DNA from: a virus
Virus record (IMG/VR): IMGVR_UViG_3300031088_000734
Length of the DNA stretch: 64,000 bases
Strand: one strand, 5' to 3'
Shown here piece after piece: positions 1 to 10,215 of the stretch (within the stretch, counting starts at the first letter, position 1; each line of letters begins with the position of its first letter). The position numbers and the translations under genes are program-made. The notes below the pieces were generated by a model, which was given only the letters and a program-made list of their open reading frames with translations, was not told the origin of the DNA and ran no database searches.

Positions 1-123
1 TTTAAACCTATATTCATCAAAAGATAAGAAAAGACGCATTAACAGCGTCTTTTTTTGTTTTTTTTATTTGACTTATTACTAATAAATAATATTATATATT
101 CAATTTATTGGAGTTATTATATT

Positions 124-657
124 ATGGAAAAAGTTAAGAAAAGTTTAAGCTCTATTATGCTTTCATGTACATTCAATATAGTGCTTACTGGCGTAGTTTT
201 TTATTTGTTATATTTATTATTAGGTTATATTAGTGATAATTGGAATACCATTAGTACCAGTATCATTTCTTTTATGAATCTTTTTATACCACTTAAAAAT
301 TTTTTGTTTGCACATCTTGGAAAAATATTTATTGGCTGGTCTATATTCGCTCTTTGGCTGCTATGTGTATGTGTCAAAATGGAAGAAAATGAAATCAAAG
401 AATCAGGCATAATTAATTTCATAGGTTTCTTAATGTTGCCTATTGGATCAATTGTTTTCTTCATGATTCCTTTTGCACTCGGTTGGGAATGGTTTCCAGT
501 CAATGTTTTTTCTATTTTAGCTAGTATCGTTCTGCTTGTTTTCTTTATTGGGGTAATTTGTATTTTCTTTGGTTTAGATACTGGTGACCAACCAGAAAAT
601 GTAGAAAGTACAGATATTGATGCTCCTGAGCAATTAGAGCTATTTGATAAAAAATAA
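124..657 (+). CDS. Hypothetical membrane protein (about 4 TM segments, acidic C-tail)
   Basis: ORF track 55..657; GGAG upstream of ATG 124; several hydrophobic stretches. Confidence 0.75.
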   Translation: MEKVKKSLSSIMLSCTFNIVLTGVVFYLLYLLLGYISDNWNTISTSIISFMNLFIPLKNFLFAHLGKIFIGWSIFALWLLCVCVKMEENEIKESGIINFIGFLMLPIGSIVFFMIPFALGWEWFPVNVFSILASIVLLVFFIGVICIFFGLDTGDQPENVESTDIDAPEQLELFDKK

Positions 658-672
658 AACAACAGTCCGACG

Positions 673-701
673 AAAAGACGCTTTCATAGCGTCTTTTTTT
701 T
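673..701 (+). terminator. Intrinsic terminator (AAAAGAC...GTCTTTT type, probably bidirectional)
   Basis: AAAAGACGC-tttcata-GCGTCTTTT followed by T run; near-identical stem at 29..56. Confidence 0.75.
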
Positions 702-745
702 GCTTTATTGTTTTCATCATGGTATTATAACCAAATCAAAAAAAT

Positions 746-1375
746 ATGAGGTTATCATCAGTGATTAATGTAATTACCAACAAAAAAATGATTGAAAAAA
801 TTAAAATGGGTTTAAATTCTGAGTTGGTTGATCATCCTGCCATTCGAATTGATCATTGGGTCTATAATGCTGTTATCTTTCGAGAACTGTCCTATGACCA
901 GAACGGCTTTAAACGTCCTGCTGATATTATTAATTACCTTTACTGTTCTTCTTACAACGACTTCTTGAAGGCTTATAAAGTCACTAAAAGTAGCTTTGTT
1001 TTTGAAACGTTCAGACGCTATAAACATTATGCACTTGAATACACCACACCTACTGAAACCTATTATTTCACAGTAAGCTATAACTCAGAACGTGGCATGG
1101 ATATTAATTTCTATCCCCATATGATTGCTTCTGGTTTTGATCCAGCGGCCCGTGATGATTTTAATGGCGAAATGTATTTGGTTTATTCAAAGATTATGTA
1201 TGAATTCTTGACAGAATTCTACGCAGACATTTTAAACCATCTTTTCGACACTTATGATTTGGCTTCCATTATTGACTATTTCAGCAAGTCATACCGCCAT
1301 TCAGTGGGTGCTGTTGAAATTTTGACCGATTATGAACAATCTAGGGACATTACCTTGATTATGCCAAAATTGTAA
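746..1375 (+). CDS. Hypothetical protein
   Basis: 209-aa ORF downstream of TTGCTT-17-TATTAT promoter; no recognisable motif. Confidence 0.7.
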   Translation: MRLSSVINVITNKKMIEKIKMGLNSELVDHPAIRIDHWVYNAVIFRELSYDQNGFKRPADIINYLYCSSYNDFLKAYKVTKSSFVFETFRRYKHYALEYTTPTETYYFTVSYNSERGMDINFYPHMIASGFDPAARDDFNGEMYLVYSKIMYEFLTEFYADILNHLFDTYDLASIIDYFSKSYRHSVGAVEILTDYEQSRDITLIMPKL

Positions 1376-1441
1376 TCATTGAATAGACAAAAATGTTGGA
1401 ATATGTTAATATGGAAGTTCACTTTTTTAAGAGATCTTTCC

Positions 1442-2620
1442 ATGACACTTCCGACATTATCTCAATTGAACTCAAATCATGAACTGATTAAAGATTTACT
1501 TCTAAAAAAAAATCTAACCATGTCCGAATATCCAGTAGCAGATTGGCAAAAAATTGTACCGGGTAAAACTGATTTTGCTTTTTGTTCTGGCCCCATTAAG
1601 TTGACTGCTCTTACAGTGTACGCCATTCAATCGGAAACTATTTTTTATTCTGTCATCTTCCCTGAGTATTCCAACAATCAAATTCGTCAGCTCACTACTT
1701 TGCTTGATTTTGTTAAAACTATTTTAAAAGAAAAACCTTCAACTTACGAACCATATAATAAATTTACGCTGGCTAATAATTGTTTAATTGTTGACAATAA
1801 AAAAATCAGTTTATTTTCTAATAATAATAAAGTTTTTTTAAGCAAGTACTCTACTGTAAACCTTGTAGACAAATTATTGTTGCCTGATTTAAGCTTTGAA
1901 ACATTGTATTCAACTATTTTAAATGATTTTAACGAAAAAATCAGTGTTATGCTTAATTCTGAGTTAGCTACCATCAATACTACCAGTATAATTCGATTAC
2001 AAGAAGAAACAAATGAAGAGTTTATTACTAGAACTCATAAAAATCGTATTGTAAAAGCATTGAGCGTTACTGCGTTTAAACAGCATGTCGATGGTCTATA
2101 TCTGCCTATTCAATCTATTCCTTATGATGTAAAAAATAAATCATTGGATAGTAATTCAATGTATTTTATGGATGTTTATGGTCGAGATAAATTTGCAATA
2201 GGTATTCAAAAAATTAATAAATTAAAAATGATGTTGTCTCCATTAATGTCTGATAATGACATTAATCAACTGGTTCAATTGCTATCGATAGCTCAATTTC
2301 ATAGCCACTTGTTACATGCTGAATTTAATAATAATTGTGTCGAATTTTCACAAAAAGATCTTTCGCTTTTATCAAAAGAAAGTTTGTCTAATAATCCAGT
2401 CTATATGGAATTTTCAATCGGTATTTTTGATTTTGAAATTACTGATAAATTTAAAATTGATAACTATATGGGGGATGGTGAGCAATATTTCTTAACCATT
2501 AATGAAGCCTATGACTATCTATTGGATTACATTCAACAAGATATTTGCAAGGTGTTGCATGCCGATGTTGAGAATGTTTGTAATAAAGATCTTCTTGTTA
2601 TTGATATGATGACCTGTTAA
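1442..2620 (+). CDS. Hypothetical protein; C-terminal half paralogous to 2623..3186; M(-4) C-terminal motif family
   Basis: KFAIGIQKINKLKMMLSPLMSDNDINQLVQLLSIAQF aligns with KFLIGVQRIQYLRQILKPLMVDKNISQLIHMLSIAQF; ends DLLVIDMMTC; start refined from 1379. Confidence 0.75.
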   Translation: MTLPTLSQLNSNHELIKDLLLKKNLTMSEYPVADWQKIVPGKTDFAFCSGPIKLTALTVYAIQSETIFYSVIFPEYSNNQIRQLTTLLDFVKTILKEKPSTYEPYNKFTLANNCLIVDNKKISLFSNNNKVFLSKYSTVNLVDKLLLPDLSFETLYSTILNDFNEKISVMLNSELATINTTSIIRLQEETNEEFITRTHKNRIVKALSVTAFKQHVDGLYLPIQSIPYDVKNKSLDSNSMYFMDVYGRDKFAIGIQKINKLKMMLSPLMSDNDINQLVQLLSIAQFHSHLLHAEFNNNCVEFSQKDLSLLSKESLSNNPVYMEFSIGIFDFEITDKFKIDNYMGDGEQYFLTINEAYDYLLDYIQQDICKVLHADVENVCNKDLLVIDMMTC

Positions 2621-2622
2621 TT

Positions 2623-3186
2623 ATGATTAATAATATAGAGTTATCTTTAAATTTAAAGGAATTTTTAATATATGTTGAGTCATTGAACATTGGTATGGAA
2701 CCTATTTCTTATTATTATTCAATTAACATGGATTACAAAAAAAGACTATGTGTGGTGACGGAAGATAGCAAAACTAAATTTTTGATAGGGGTTCAAAGGA
2801 TACAATATTTACGACAGATTTTAAAACCATTAATGGTTGATAAAAATATTAGTCAACTAATTCATATGCTTTCAATCGCTCAATTTTATAGCTATTTATT
2901 TTACAATGATGATTATTTCAATGGGACAGTTGATTTTTCTTATGTAGATAAATATGCATCTGATTATTTACAGTTTTCAGTAGGTGTTTTAAATTTTAAT
3001 ATTTTTGACAATAATATACAAGTTTATAATTGTGGTGACGATTATATATTTGGGTCATTTACTATTGAAGATACATATAATTTTTTCTTAAATTATATTC
3101 AACAAAAAATAATTGACCATTTACACGCTGATCGGGAGCAGATAACTAACAAAAATATTTTGCTTCTTGAAATGCTAAAAATTTAA
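2623..3186 (+). CDS. Hypothetical protein, paralogue of preceding gene's C-half; M(-4) motif family
   Basis: 187-aa ORF; ends NILLLEMLKI. Confidence 0.75.
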   Translation: MINNIELSLNLKEFLIYVESLNIGMEPISYYYSINMDYKKRLCVVTEDSKTKFLIGVQRIQYLRQILKPLMVDKNISQLIHMLSIAQFYSYLFYNDDYFNGTVDFSYVDKYASDYLQFSVGVLNFNIFDNNIQVYNCGDDYIFGSFTIEDTYNFFLNYIQQKIIDHLHADREQITNKNILLLEMLKI

Positions 3187-3213
3187 ACAACTAGCTTTCA
3201 GTCCATTTATTGA

Positions 3214-3242
3214 TTGCCTTGTTTTTAGCCTTGTGTTATAAT
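3214..3242 (+). promoter_or_regulatory. sigma70-type promoter (example of many in window)
   Basis: TTGCCT-17 nt-TATAAT with TG extension. Confidence 0.75.
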
Positions 3243-3270
3243 GAGGCATCATTTTTTAGAGCATTCACCT

Positions 3271-3648
3271 ATGCAACAAAAACCAGAATGGACAACCGCC
3301 CAAATCAATGCGAACATAGCCCTTCGCAACCGTCTTTATGTATCAGGATTTCTATTGTCTGGCGTTTTGAAGGATATTCGGGCTGGTCATGCTGATGGTG
3401 TTGTGAACCTTCATTATGAAGATGACACTCCAGTGGGTGTTATTGTTCATGTTACCGATGGCACATTGACTGATGATTTGTCTTGTTATTATGACTTGAT
3501 GGTCTTTGTCCGTAAGGCTCATCGGAACAAAGGAATTGGGAAAAAATTAGTGAATGAATTGAATGTATCTAATCGTTTAAAAGTAGGGCGTGGTTCTCGA
3601 TACAGCCAACATTTCTGGAGTTCACTGGGGTTCAATATCTATGGCTAA
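3271..3648 (+). CDS. GNAT-family N-acetyltransferase
   Basis: Acetyl-CoA motif A: VFVRKAHRNKGIGKKLV; start moved to 3271 because ATG 3241 overlaps the -10 box. Confidence 0.75.
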   Translation: MQQKPEWTTAQINANIALRNRLYVSGFLLSGVLKDIRAGHADGVVNLHYEDDTPVGVIVHVTDGTLTDDLSCYYDLMVFVRKAHRNKGIGKKLVNELNVSNRLKVGRGSRYSQHFWSSLGFNIYG

Positions 3649-4183
3649 TCATCACACTAAAAAGAAAATTGTGAAGCTGGTTGTTGACAGTTTTCACACT
3701 GTTTTTAAAAATAACCATCTTAATGGTCTAGGCTTTCATGAAGATTTTGAACCGATGAAAGATGTGTGTGCATTTTTCAATGGCACCCCTGTCGGAGCCT
3801 ATGGTTGTTTTAAATTTGAACTAGATGGGCATACTATCTTTGTTTATAACACTTATGGTGATGAAGATCACGAAAGACATGATGCCGAAGACATGGTGAA
3901 CATTGCCAGTATGGGTTTTTGTTTTTATTTTGACAAATACTTTTATTGCTTTGATATGGATTCTGCTGGTTATATTACGCTTTTCAACAAGACAGTAAAA
4001 CCAGCTAAAATTGATCCTGATTTTTTCAGTGGTAAACGACCTTTTTATCATTATGATGATCAAGGTTTCTTGTCTATGCAAGGATTTTATGAGAGCCTTA
4101 AATTTCCAGAGCATACAGAAGCTCATAAGTGGACAAGTGGGCCAAGAACTCGATTTGAGCTTGAAAAATTTGCTCTTTTGTGA
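3641..4183 (+). CDS. Hypothetical protein
   Basis: ORF track 3590..4183; ATG 3641 overlaps stop of GNAT gene. Confidence 0.7.
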   Translation: MANHHTKKKIVKLVVDSFHTVFKNNHLNGLGFHEDFEPMKDVCAFFNGTPVGAYGCFKFELDGHTIFVYNTYGDEDHERHDAEDMVNIASMGFCFYFDKYFYCFDMDSAGYITLFNKTVKPAKIDPDFFSGKRPFYHYDDQGFLSMQGFYESLKFPEHTEAHKWTSGPRTRFELEKFALL

Positions 4184-4233
4184 TACTATTGTTTAAAATT
4201 TGAAACGACAACTCATTTCATATAGGTGAATTT

Positions 4234-4539
4234 ATGACTACCCATTATCTTTCCATCTACAACCGTGAAACCACCACATTGAACTATTCAGGATTTAAAG
4301 ACCCTACTGCAAGCTTGCTTAAAGTAGAAGGTGAACTTTCACCAGTGGTTTTTGCTGCAGCTAAATTTATTGTAACCGATGGCGTGTTGGTTAAAATTAA
4401 CGAAGGTGGACGTTATCCTAAATGCGGTGTTGGTGAAACCCTGACTGATGAACAAGTTCATCACCTGCAATCCAACTATGAAAAAACCACCACTCAATAT
4501 TTGAATACATCCGATAAAGTTGAGGCTATCTTGGCATGA
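4234..4539 (+). CDS. Hypothetical protein
   Basis: 101 aa; AGGTG RBS. Confidence 0.7.
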   Translation: MTTHYLSIYNRETTTLNYSGFKDPTASLLKVEGELSPVVFAAAKFIVTDGVLVKINEGGRYPKCGVGETLTDEQVHHLQSNYEKTTTQYLNTSDKVEAILA

Positions 4540-4967
4540 CAACTAAACTCAGAAAAGAAGAAGTGCAACTCTATAAGCCGAAGTATCGAAATAGAACTCA
4601 TGCTCGCATGGACTTTTCTGATTGGCAAAAAGAACTCAACCGTAAAATCAGACAACAAATGCCACCAGAACTTTGCTTTCGTGTGGCAGTTCGTGAACAC
4701 TTCTTAGATCGCCTTATTGATCGAGAAGCTGATCCGCGACACATCAAAAAGTTGATTGAAGATACAATTCAGAAGAAAATGTGCGAAATTCTTTTTTTTG
4801 GTGCATTGAACAAAGATTTTCCACGCATGGTGTTTACAGATACCATTCACCATGTCATGACAACTTGGTCAAATCATGACCGTTGCATTGTATTACGTTC
4901 TTATTTCTTGAACGGTGATCGACTGGTTGGTCAAAACCCTGAATTCACATTAAATCCCCATCAGTAA
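4536..4967 (+). CDS. Hypothetical protein
   Basis: 143 aa; ATGA overlap with upstream gene. Confidence 0.7.
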   Translation: MTTKLRKEEVQLYKPKYRNRTHARMDFSDWQKELNRKIRQQMPPELCFRVAVREHFLDRLIDREADPRHIKKLIEDTIQKKMCEILFFGALNKDFPRMVFTDTIHHVMTTWSNHDRCIVLRSYFLNGDRLVGQNPEFTLNPHQ

Positions 4968-5033
4968 AGATTTTCGTTGCATAATTGTTTTTTTACTGTT
5001 ATACTCTCGAAATCATATTATTGGAGATCAACC

Positions 5034-5426
5034 ATGTTTAAAGAAATGTCTCAACAAACTCAAGAACTTATTGTGGAATCACTCAACAGTGTTGTTACTC
5101 GACTCACTTGTTTTAATGGTGAAATTGCTATTCTTATGCAAGACGCGGCTGAACCCTATCAGAGCATCAATGATTCAGTGACTGACAAACTTGAAAACGT
5201 TGCCGAACTTTTTACCGAAGAAGGTCATGTGATTGATGAAGTGGACGCTTACGCAAAAATGGTTGTGCTGAAAGCCCTTAATGACCGTATTAAGGAACTT
5301 GAAACTTCTATGACTTATTTTATTCAATTTGGTGAAGCGTTGCCTATTGAAGATGTCGTTTTCGCTTATGAATCCAAAATTAAAGCCCTGTATGGTGCTC
5401 AAATGGAATTCTTGACCGCTGTTTAA
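5034..5426 (+). CDS. Hypothetical protein
   Basis: ORF track 4977..5426; GGAG RBS before ATG 5034. Confidence 0.7.
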   Translation: MFKEMSQQTQELIVESLNSVVTRLTCFNGEIAILMQDAAEPYQSINDSVTDKLENVAELFTEEGHVIDEVDAYAKMVVLKALNDRIKELETSMTYFIQFGEALPIEDVVFAYESKIKALYGAQMEFLTAV

Positions 5427-5524
5427 CCTGTAAATGATTTAATAAAAGCCATCTTTTTGATGGTTTTTTTATTGATTTTTTTCGTCGTTTTTATTATAAT
5501 AAAGGTCTAAATCCTAACCGAGTA

Positions 5525-5971
5525 ATGCAAATGCCTAATTTTAATGTCGGTGATGTTGTTGTTGACTTGACCAATATGGACAAATGGCGAGATCCAAAGG
5601 AGTTTAAATTGGAGTTGTTTCTATATGACTTCAATAAAAAAGTTTTGATAACTGATGCAACAAATTTTATTATCAAATCGAATTATGAACGCTATAACAC
5701 TTCTGCTTTCTTACCTGATTATGAACTGTTTTCTCAATCTACTGGCTTGAATGAAGCTAAGTCAAGAGTTCTTTTTAATTTGACACCACACAGGGCTGGG
5801 CTGGGTAAAGAATTTCAAAAACAGAATACACCAGAAGAACTTGTTCGTTTAAAATCTTCAATTGCGATGGATAGTGATGAGGATACGACACAATTTATTA
5901 TTGCTTTGAAAGATGCCTTCTTGGCCTATTTTGATAGTATTCATGAAGAAATCAAGCCACAAATTTCTTGA
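5525..5971 (+). CDS. Hypothetical protein
   Basis: 148-aa ORF following terminator and TATAAT box. Confidence 0.65.
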   Translation: MQMPNFNVGDVVVDLTNMDKWRDPKEFKLELFLYDFNKKVLITDATNFIIKSNYERYNTSAFLPDYELFSQSTGLNEAKSRVLFNLTPHRAGLGKEFQKQNTPEELVRLKSSIAMDSDEDTTQFIIALKDAFLAYFDSIHEEIKPQIS

Positions 5972-6022
5972 GCTTTTTGGTGTTTTTTGATAAAATATCT
6001 TCATAAATTAATCACATATTAG

Positions 6023-6298
6023 GTGGAAACTATGTCAAATCGCGTTATTACTATTAAAAAAGTCGGCACTGTTAACAATGTTATGTATCGAGACGTTTTG
6101 GTGGGATCTTTTCATGACGGGGACAATGACACCCTTGCCATGATTATTGATCGGGCTGTTGATGTTTACATTGAACGGCGAGCACCTGATTTGAAAGAAG
6201 CTTTTGAGCGAACCATTGATATGGCTTATGATATGGGCCGAAAAGGTCAAGGTATTGCTACAGCCAAAAAACTTATTTTGCTGGCTTGCTCGGCATAA
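6023..6298 (+). CDS. Hypothetical protein
   Basis: 91-aa ORF; likely start ATG 6032 after AGGTGG. Confidence 0.65.
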   Translation: METMSNRVITIKKVGTVNNVMYRDVLVGSFHDGDNDTLAMIIDRAVDVYIERRAPDLKEAFERTIDMAYDMGRKGQGIATAKKLILLACSA

Positions 6299-6329
6299 CG
6301 TCAACTTTCTATCATTTTTGAGGCTTAAC

Positions 6330-6593
6330 ATGAACGCTATTACCATTACACATTTGCCCATGCAACAAGTCAGCAGTGTCGCCTACAAGGGAAAATTCAT
6401 TGGGCTTGCAGATGATGGAGATTCAGCCAAGCTGCAGCGGTTGGTTAATGAAGCTATGGTTCTTCATGACAAAGCTGAAAAAGAAAACTGGATTAAAACA
6501 ATGGTTAAAGTCTCTCGACTCGTGTATAATCTTGACAATGATGAGGTTTCTGAATCTCGTATGGTTGAAATGATTAAGGAGCGATTTGAATGA
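6330..6593 (+). CDS. Hypothetical protein
   Basis: ORF track 6204..6593; GAGG RBS before ATG 6330. Confidence 0.65.
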   Translation: MNAITITHLPMQQVSSVAYKGKFIGLADDGDSAKLQRLVNEAMVLHDKAEKENWIKTMVKVSRLVYNLDNDEVSESRMVEMIKERFE

Positions 6594-7063
6594 AATACCT
6601 TTCTTTGTCAAAAGACATTGGAGCCGTAGCAGTTGCTCTTGGTATTCCAAGTTACAAAATCAAAGACACCATCTTTGATGTATTTCAGTCTATGGAGATT
6701 AAATATTCCAATTTTTCTGATTGGTATGACAAAGTTTTTGTCGAAGTATTGATGGATAATGTGCGTCGAGATATTGTGTTGGCTGTTGATGGTACTACCA
6801 TTGCAGGCATCTTGATTTTGAAAGATATGGATGGTGAAAAGAAAGTCTGCAATATTGTGGTACTTCCAGCTTATCGTAAACAAGGTATTGCCAACGAATT
6901 GTTTGAAATTGCATTTGAATACCTTGGAACTCGTAAACCTATGCTTTCTATGTCACAAGATCTAGTGCCTAGCTTTTCTGGTATCATTCGTAAGTTTAAA
7001 TTCAAGCTAACTAATATTGATCAAGCCTATAATAAAGACAAACCAGAATTTTATTATAATTGA
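6590..7063 (+). CDS. GNAT-family N-acetyltransferase
   Basis: KVCNIVVLPAYRKQGIANELFEIA motif A; ATGA overlap, AAGGAG RBS. Confidence 0.75.
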   Translation: MKYLSLSKDIGAVAVALGIPSYKIKDTIFDVFQSMEIKYSNFSDWYDKVFVEVLMDNVRRDIVLAVDGTTIAGILILKDMDGEKKVCNIVVLPAYRKQGIANELFEIAFEYLGTRKPMLSMSQDLVPSFSGIIRKFKFKLTNIDQAYNKDKPEFYYN

Positions 7064-7111
7064 AAAAAAGTATTGACTTATAGCGTTCATTGTTTTATAA
7101 TTATCAACATT

Positions 7112-7195
7112 GCGGAAGTGATGAAATGGTAGACGTTCTGGTCTTAGAAGCCAGTGCCGAGAGGCGTGTGGGTTCGAGTCCCACCTTCCGCACCA
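7112..7195 (+). tRNA. tRNA-Leu (anticodon TAG)
   Basis: GCGGAAG/CTTCCGC acceptor, CTGGT-cttagaa-GCCAG anticodon arm (TAG at 7145-7147), long variable arm, GTGGG-TTCGAGT-CCCAC T arm, encoded CCA. Confidence 0.95.
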
Positions 7196-7204
7196 TTTTA
7201 ATAT

Positions 7205-7231
7205 AGGCTCACATTTGTGGGTCTTTTTTTT
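7205..7231 (+). terminator. Intrinsic terminator after tRNA-Leu
   Basis: AGGCTCAC-attt-GTGGGTCT plus T run. Confidence 0.75.
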
Positions 7232-7268
7232 AACTTTAAAACAGAGTTTGCTTATTGAGAGGTCAGCA

Positions 7269-7475
7269 GTGAAAGAACATTGCCCAGTCATTAAATCAAG
7301 ACGTAATCAATTCATATTGGTAGGTATTCTTTCTTTTTTTGCTCTTTTTGTGGGCATGGAAATGGTTCGTTTTTTTCATAACTACTCTGACCGTCAATCC
7401 TCTATACATAATACAGCTTCTGATAAAACTCAGGGGCTTGTTAAATCATTCTTTTCTCAACAAGGGAGCCGATAA
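7269..7475 (+). CDS. Small single-TM hypothetical protein
   Basis: ORF track 7215..7475; GTG 7269 after GAGAGG; hydrophobic FILVGILSFFALFVGM. Confidence 0.5.
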   Translation: MKEHCPVIKSRRNQFILVGILSFFALFVGMEMVRFFHNYSDRQSSIHNTASDKTQGLVKSFFSQQGSR

Positions 7476-7963
7476 TGACGCTTCCTTCTTACACTGACTT
7501 CATCGTTAAATACACCCCAGAAAAGCCACTTGAACGTAGTTGGATGCCTCACTTACACAATAACAGTTATTACTATTCTGATAAAGAGTCTCGATTTGTA
7601 GATGTTTCTGAAATGTTGGAAAGTTTGTATTCAGATAAATTAATTAGTTATACACGAACAGACGCGAATGTTATCTCCGTTGATTTGTTTGATGAACGCT
7701 TTGATATTCTGGATGCCATTGCTGAATCTAACTACCATAATAAGGAGATCATCAATCTCTTGATACAAATGGATATCAATCATATGAAACCTGACTGTTG
7801 GGTGGAGAAATTGAATTTTCATCATAATGCCATTCACCCCATAGCATCTGTTAAAGACATGCGGTGTTATTTCTTGCCAAGAACTCGCCCTTACGATGTT
7901 GTTAGGGAAGTTATCTATACTGATATTTGCAAATCCTACATAAAGCTCTTCATTCCAGATTGA
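7475..7963 (+). CDS. Hypothetical protein
   Basis: 162 aa; GGGAG RBS, TAATG coupling. Confidence 0.7.
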   Translation: MTLPSYTDFIVKYTPEKPLERSWMPHLHNNSYYYSDKESRFVDVSEMLESLYSDKLISYTRTDANVISVDLFDERFDILDAIAESNYHNKEIINLLIQMDINHMKPDCWVEKLNFHHNAIHPIASVKDMRCYFLPRTRPYDVVREVIYTDICKSYIKLFIPD

Positions 7964-8012
7964 GCCTTTGCTTTATTTGTGGTATAATTGTCGAAATCTT
8001 AGAGGAACTACT

Positions 8013-8591
8013 ATGACCAGTCTTGATCTCGTTTTGAAAAATATGATCCTGTCTGCACCTCATATTTATCCAACAACTTGGCAATGTTATGCGTCGATTT
8101 TTCTAGACGTTAGATCCGGGTTTGTTTTTTCAAATTCAGAAATTGAATGTCCTTTTGTAGTCAGCGATTCCCCGGTTATCAATGAACAACATCTTGAAGC
8201 CTACAAAGCTTTGGCTGTTAATCCAAAAGGCCAGCTTGACTACGAAATGAAAGTATTTATGACAAATTTTATCAAAGAAAATATTGATATGATTGTTAAA
8301 ACGAAATGCGTCTATGTAGAATACCTTAAGCCTTCTCGGGACGATTTAGCCCTGTTGAATGATCAGTCACCTATTTGGTTAATTGATGACACCTATACTG
8401 CTGATGTGATTAAAGCGGCTCTCGATGTGTTGAAAGAAATGAAACATGTGTTGTGGAATTTTCATGGCATTCATCATTCACCTTCTCGACCGATTGATCG
8501 TGCAGCTTGGAAAGAAATGTGTTATCATGCGGCTTATGTTAAAGTCTCTGAACGACTTGAATTCCTTCAACCAAAAAGGACGCTCGCCTAA
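8013..8591 (+). CDS. Hypothetical protein, weak paralogue of 8591..9175
   Basis: N-terminus LKNMILSAPHIYPTTWQCYASIFL resembles IEAIIAQYNLSFSTRWRVLEHLFL; GAGGA RBS. Confidence 0.65.
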   Translation: MTSLDLVLKNMILSAPHIYPTTWQCYASIFLDVRSGFVFSNSEIECPFVVSDSPVINEQHLEAYKALAVNPKGQLDYEMKVFMTNFIKENIDMIVKTKCVYVEYLKPSRDDLALLNDQSPIWLIDDTYTADVIKAALDVLKEMKHVLWNFHGIHHSPSRPIDRAAWKEMCYHAAYVKVSERLEFLQPKRTLA

Positions 8592-9175
8592 TGAAAGCCA
8601 TTACAGTCATTGAAGCCATTATTGCTCAATACAACCTTTCATTCTCCACTCGTTGGCGAGTATTGGAACACCTTTTTCTGGTGAATGGTAATGGTTGCCA
8701 TTGGTTGAAAGATGGATCTTTGGATTCAGACATTTCAAATTATAAAGAAGGCGTGATGGGTGAAAACAAAATGATTCAATCATTGAATCAATCAATTGAA
8801 CTGGTTAAGGACTATAATATTCCAGCTTTTACTGACGCTTATCATTTGCAAATTAAGTTTGAACAAGGTTTTGATCAGTTCAAACAGAAAAATTTCAAAG
8901 AAATTGCCGCTAACCAATTCTTTTTCTTTGATAGTCAAATCCCTACTTTTAAAGATCTGTCTCGGGCGACCTTCAACCATCTGTTCTATGAAGTCCCTGA
9001 CAATGTTCAACCCGACTGGAAAGCTTTGATTGTGGAAACAGCCTGTATTGTTCAAAAGGGGATTAAAGATACTTATTTTGTTTCTGGTGCTCTTACTTCC
9101 CCGGATTCATGGACTAATCAAGAAGCTTTTGGTGTTTACATGGCGGCTGAGAATCAGCTAAAATCTTTAAAATGA
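8591..9175 (+). CDS. Hypothetical protein
   Basis: 194 aa; TAATG coupling. Confidence 0.7.
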   Translation: MKAITVIEAIIAQYNLSFSTRWRVLEHLFLVNGNGCHWLKDGSLDSDISNYKEGVMGENKMIQSLNQSIELVKDYNIPAFTDAYHLQIKFEQGFDQFKQKNFKEIAANQFFFFDSQIPTFKDLSRATFNHLFYEVPDNVQPDWKALIVETACIVQKGIKDTYFVSGALTSPDSWTNQEAFGVYMAAENQLKSLK

Positions 9176-9243
9176 CTTGATCCACTATTGATTTTTCGTC
9201 CTACTATGTTATAATAGCCTTCTTAATTAGGGAGGTCACTGTC

Positions 9244-9735
9244 ATGTCGAACAATCATGAAATCGAAAATCTTGAAGCTAAAATTTTCACGACCTTACGC
9301 CGTAATGGAAACTATGCGATTCCTAAAAATGCGGTGAACATTTACGCACCTATCCTTTCATTGCTTACCAAGATGAGCGAAGAGGGGCTGGTTGTTCAAA
9401 GTGAATCTCCTAACAAATTCATTTTCACGGCTACCGAAAAAATGTCGCCTACTATTGTTGTTCGTGGCGTGACTGCAGACAAAGTTCGCACTGGATATCA
9501 CCTTTGCCGACAAAAAAATAATGATGTGGTTTCCAAAGTGAATGCTCGAAATCTTGAAGTCTATACCAAAGATGTAGACTTTCTGGGGGTTGTTTGCTCC
9601 GTAGAAACAAAAGAGGTTCCCGCTAATTTTTGGGAAATGCTGACCTTCAGAAAAAACAGTGTTAAAACCGTGATTAAGTTCAAATACAAAACGCTGGTGG
9701 TGTCGCCTGACACTGAATTGATGAAAGTTCGTTAA
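9244..9735 (+). CDS. Hypothetical protein
   Basis: 163 aa; GGGAGG RBS. Confidence 0.75.
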   Translation: MSNNHEIENLEAKIFTTLRRNGNYAIPKNAVNIYAPILSLLTKMSEEGLVVQSESPNKFIFTATEKMSPTIVVRGVTADKVRTGYHLCRQKNNDVVSKVNARNLEVYTKDVDFLGVVCSVETKEVPANFWEMLTFRKNSVKTVIKFKYKTLVVSPDTELMKVR

Positions 9736-9848
9736 TCGTCCACTTATCAGCTAACCGTCTAGAACAAAACTAACAGGCACTTCGGTGCTTGTTTTTTTTT
9801 GAAAGTCGATCTATACTATTATACTGTTTTAATTTATGGAGGTTGCCA

Positions 9849-10169
9849 TTGTTTAAATTTGCTGTTTTGTTGAGTTTCACTGCTTTCCTTGCTGGTTGTG
9901 GTGGTGATACTGTAATTAGCCAAAATCCTCGTGAATTTATTGTTTTGGAATATGATAAACCTTATGGATTTAGCGTTACGCTTGAAGACGTGATTACTCA
10001 TGAGATCTATAAGGATGTGCCTGTTTCCACATCATGTGACGACTACCCAAAATTGAAAATTGATTCAATCTGGTCATTCCCTGTCACTACCTATGTTGAT
10101 AACTCTGGTAAATCCTATTCCGTGGTTGACGCCAGTGATTTGTGCGACAAATTAGAAAAAATGCTGTAA
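9849..10169 (+). CDS. Putative lipoprotein
   Basis: TTG start after GGAGG; signal peptide with lipobox FLAG-C. Confidence 0.65.
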   Translation: MFKFAVLLSFTAFLAGCGGDTVISQNPREFIVLEYDKPYGFSVTLEDVITHEIYKDVPVSTSCDDYPKLKIDSIWSFPVTTYVDNSGKSYSVVDASDLCDKLEKML

Positions 10170-10215
10170 AAACTTTTCAATTTCTGTTATACTTAGGCAT
10201 TCTTCATGATAAAGG

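Noticed and set aside
746-1375. 746..1375 (ends ITLIMPKL) and 56491..57108 (ends ILSMLLK) as members of the M(-4) family
   Set aside because: They have Met at -4 but do not match the combined -7, -9 and -10 pattern; may be chance.
7112-7195. tRNA with TAG as an amber suppressor or sign of stop-codon recoding
   Set aside because: Anticodon TAG reads CUA (Leu); a suppressor would have CTA. Genes are intact under code 11.
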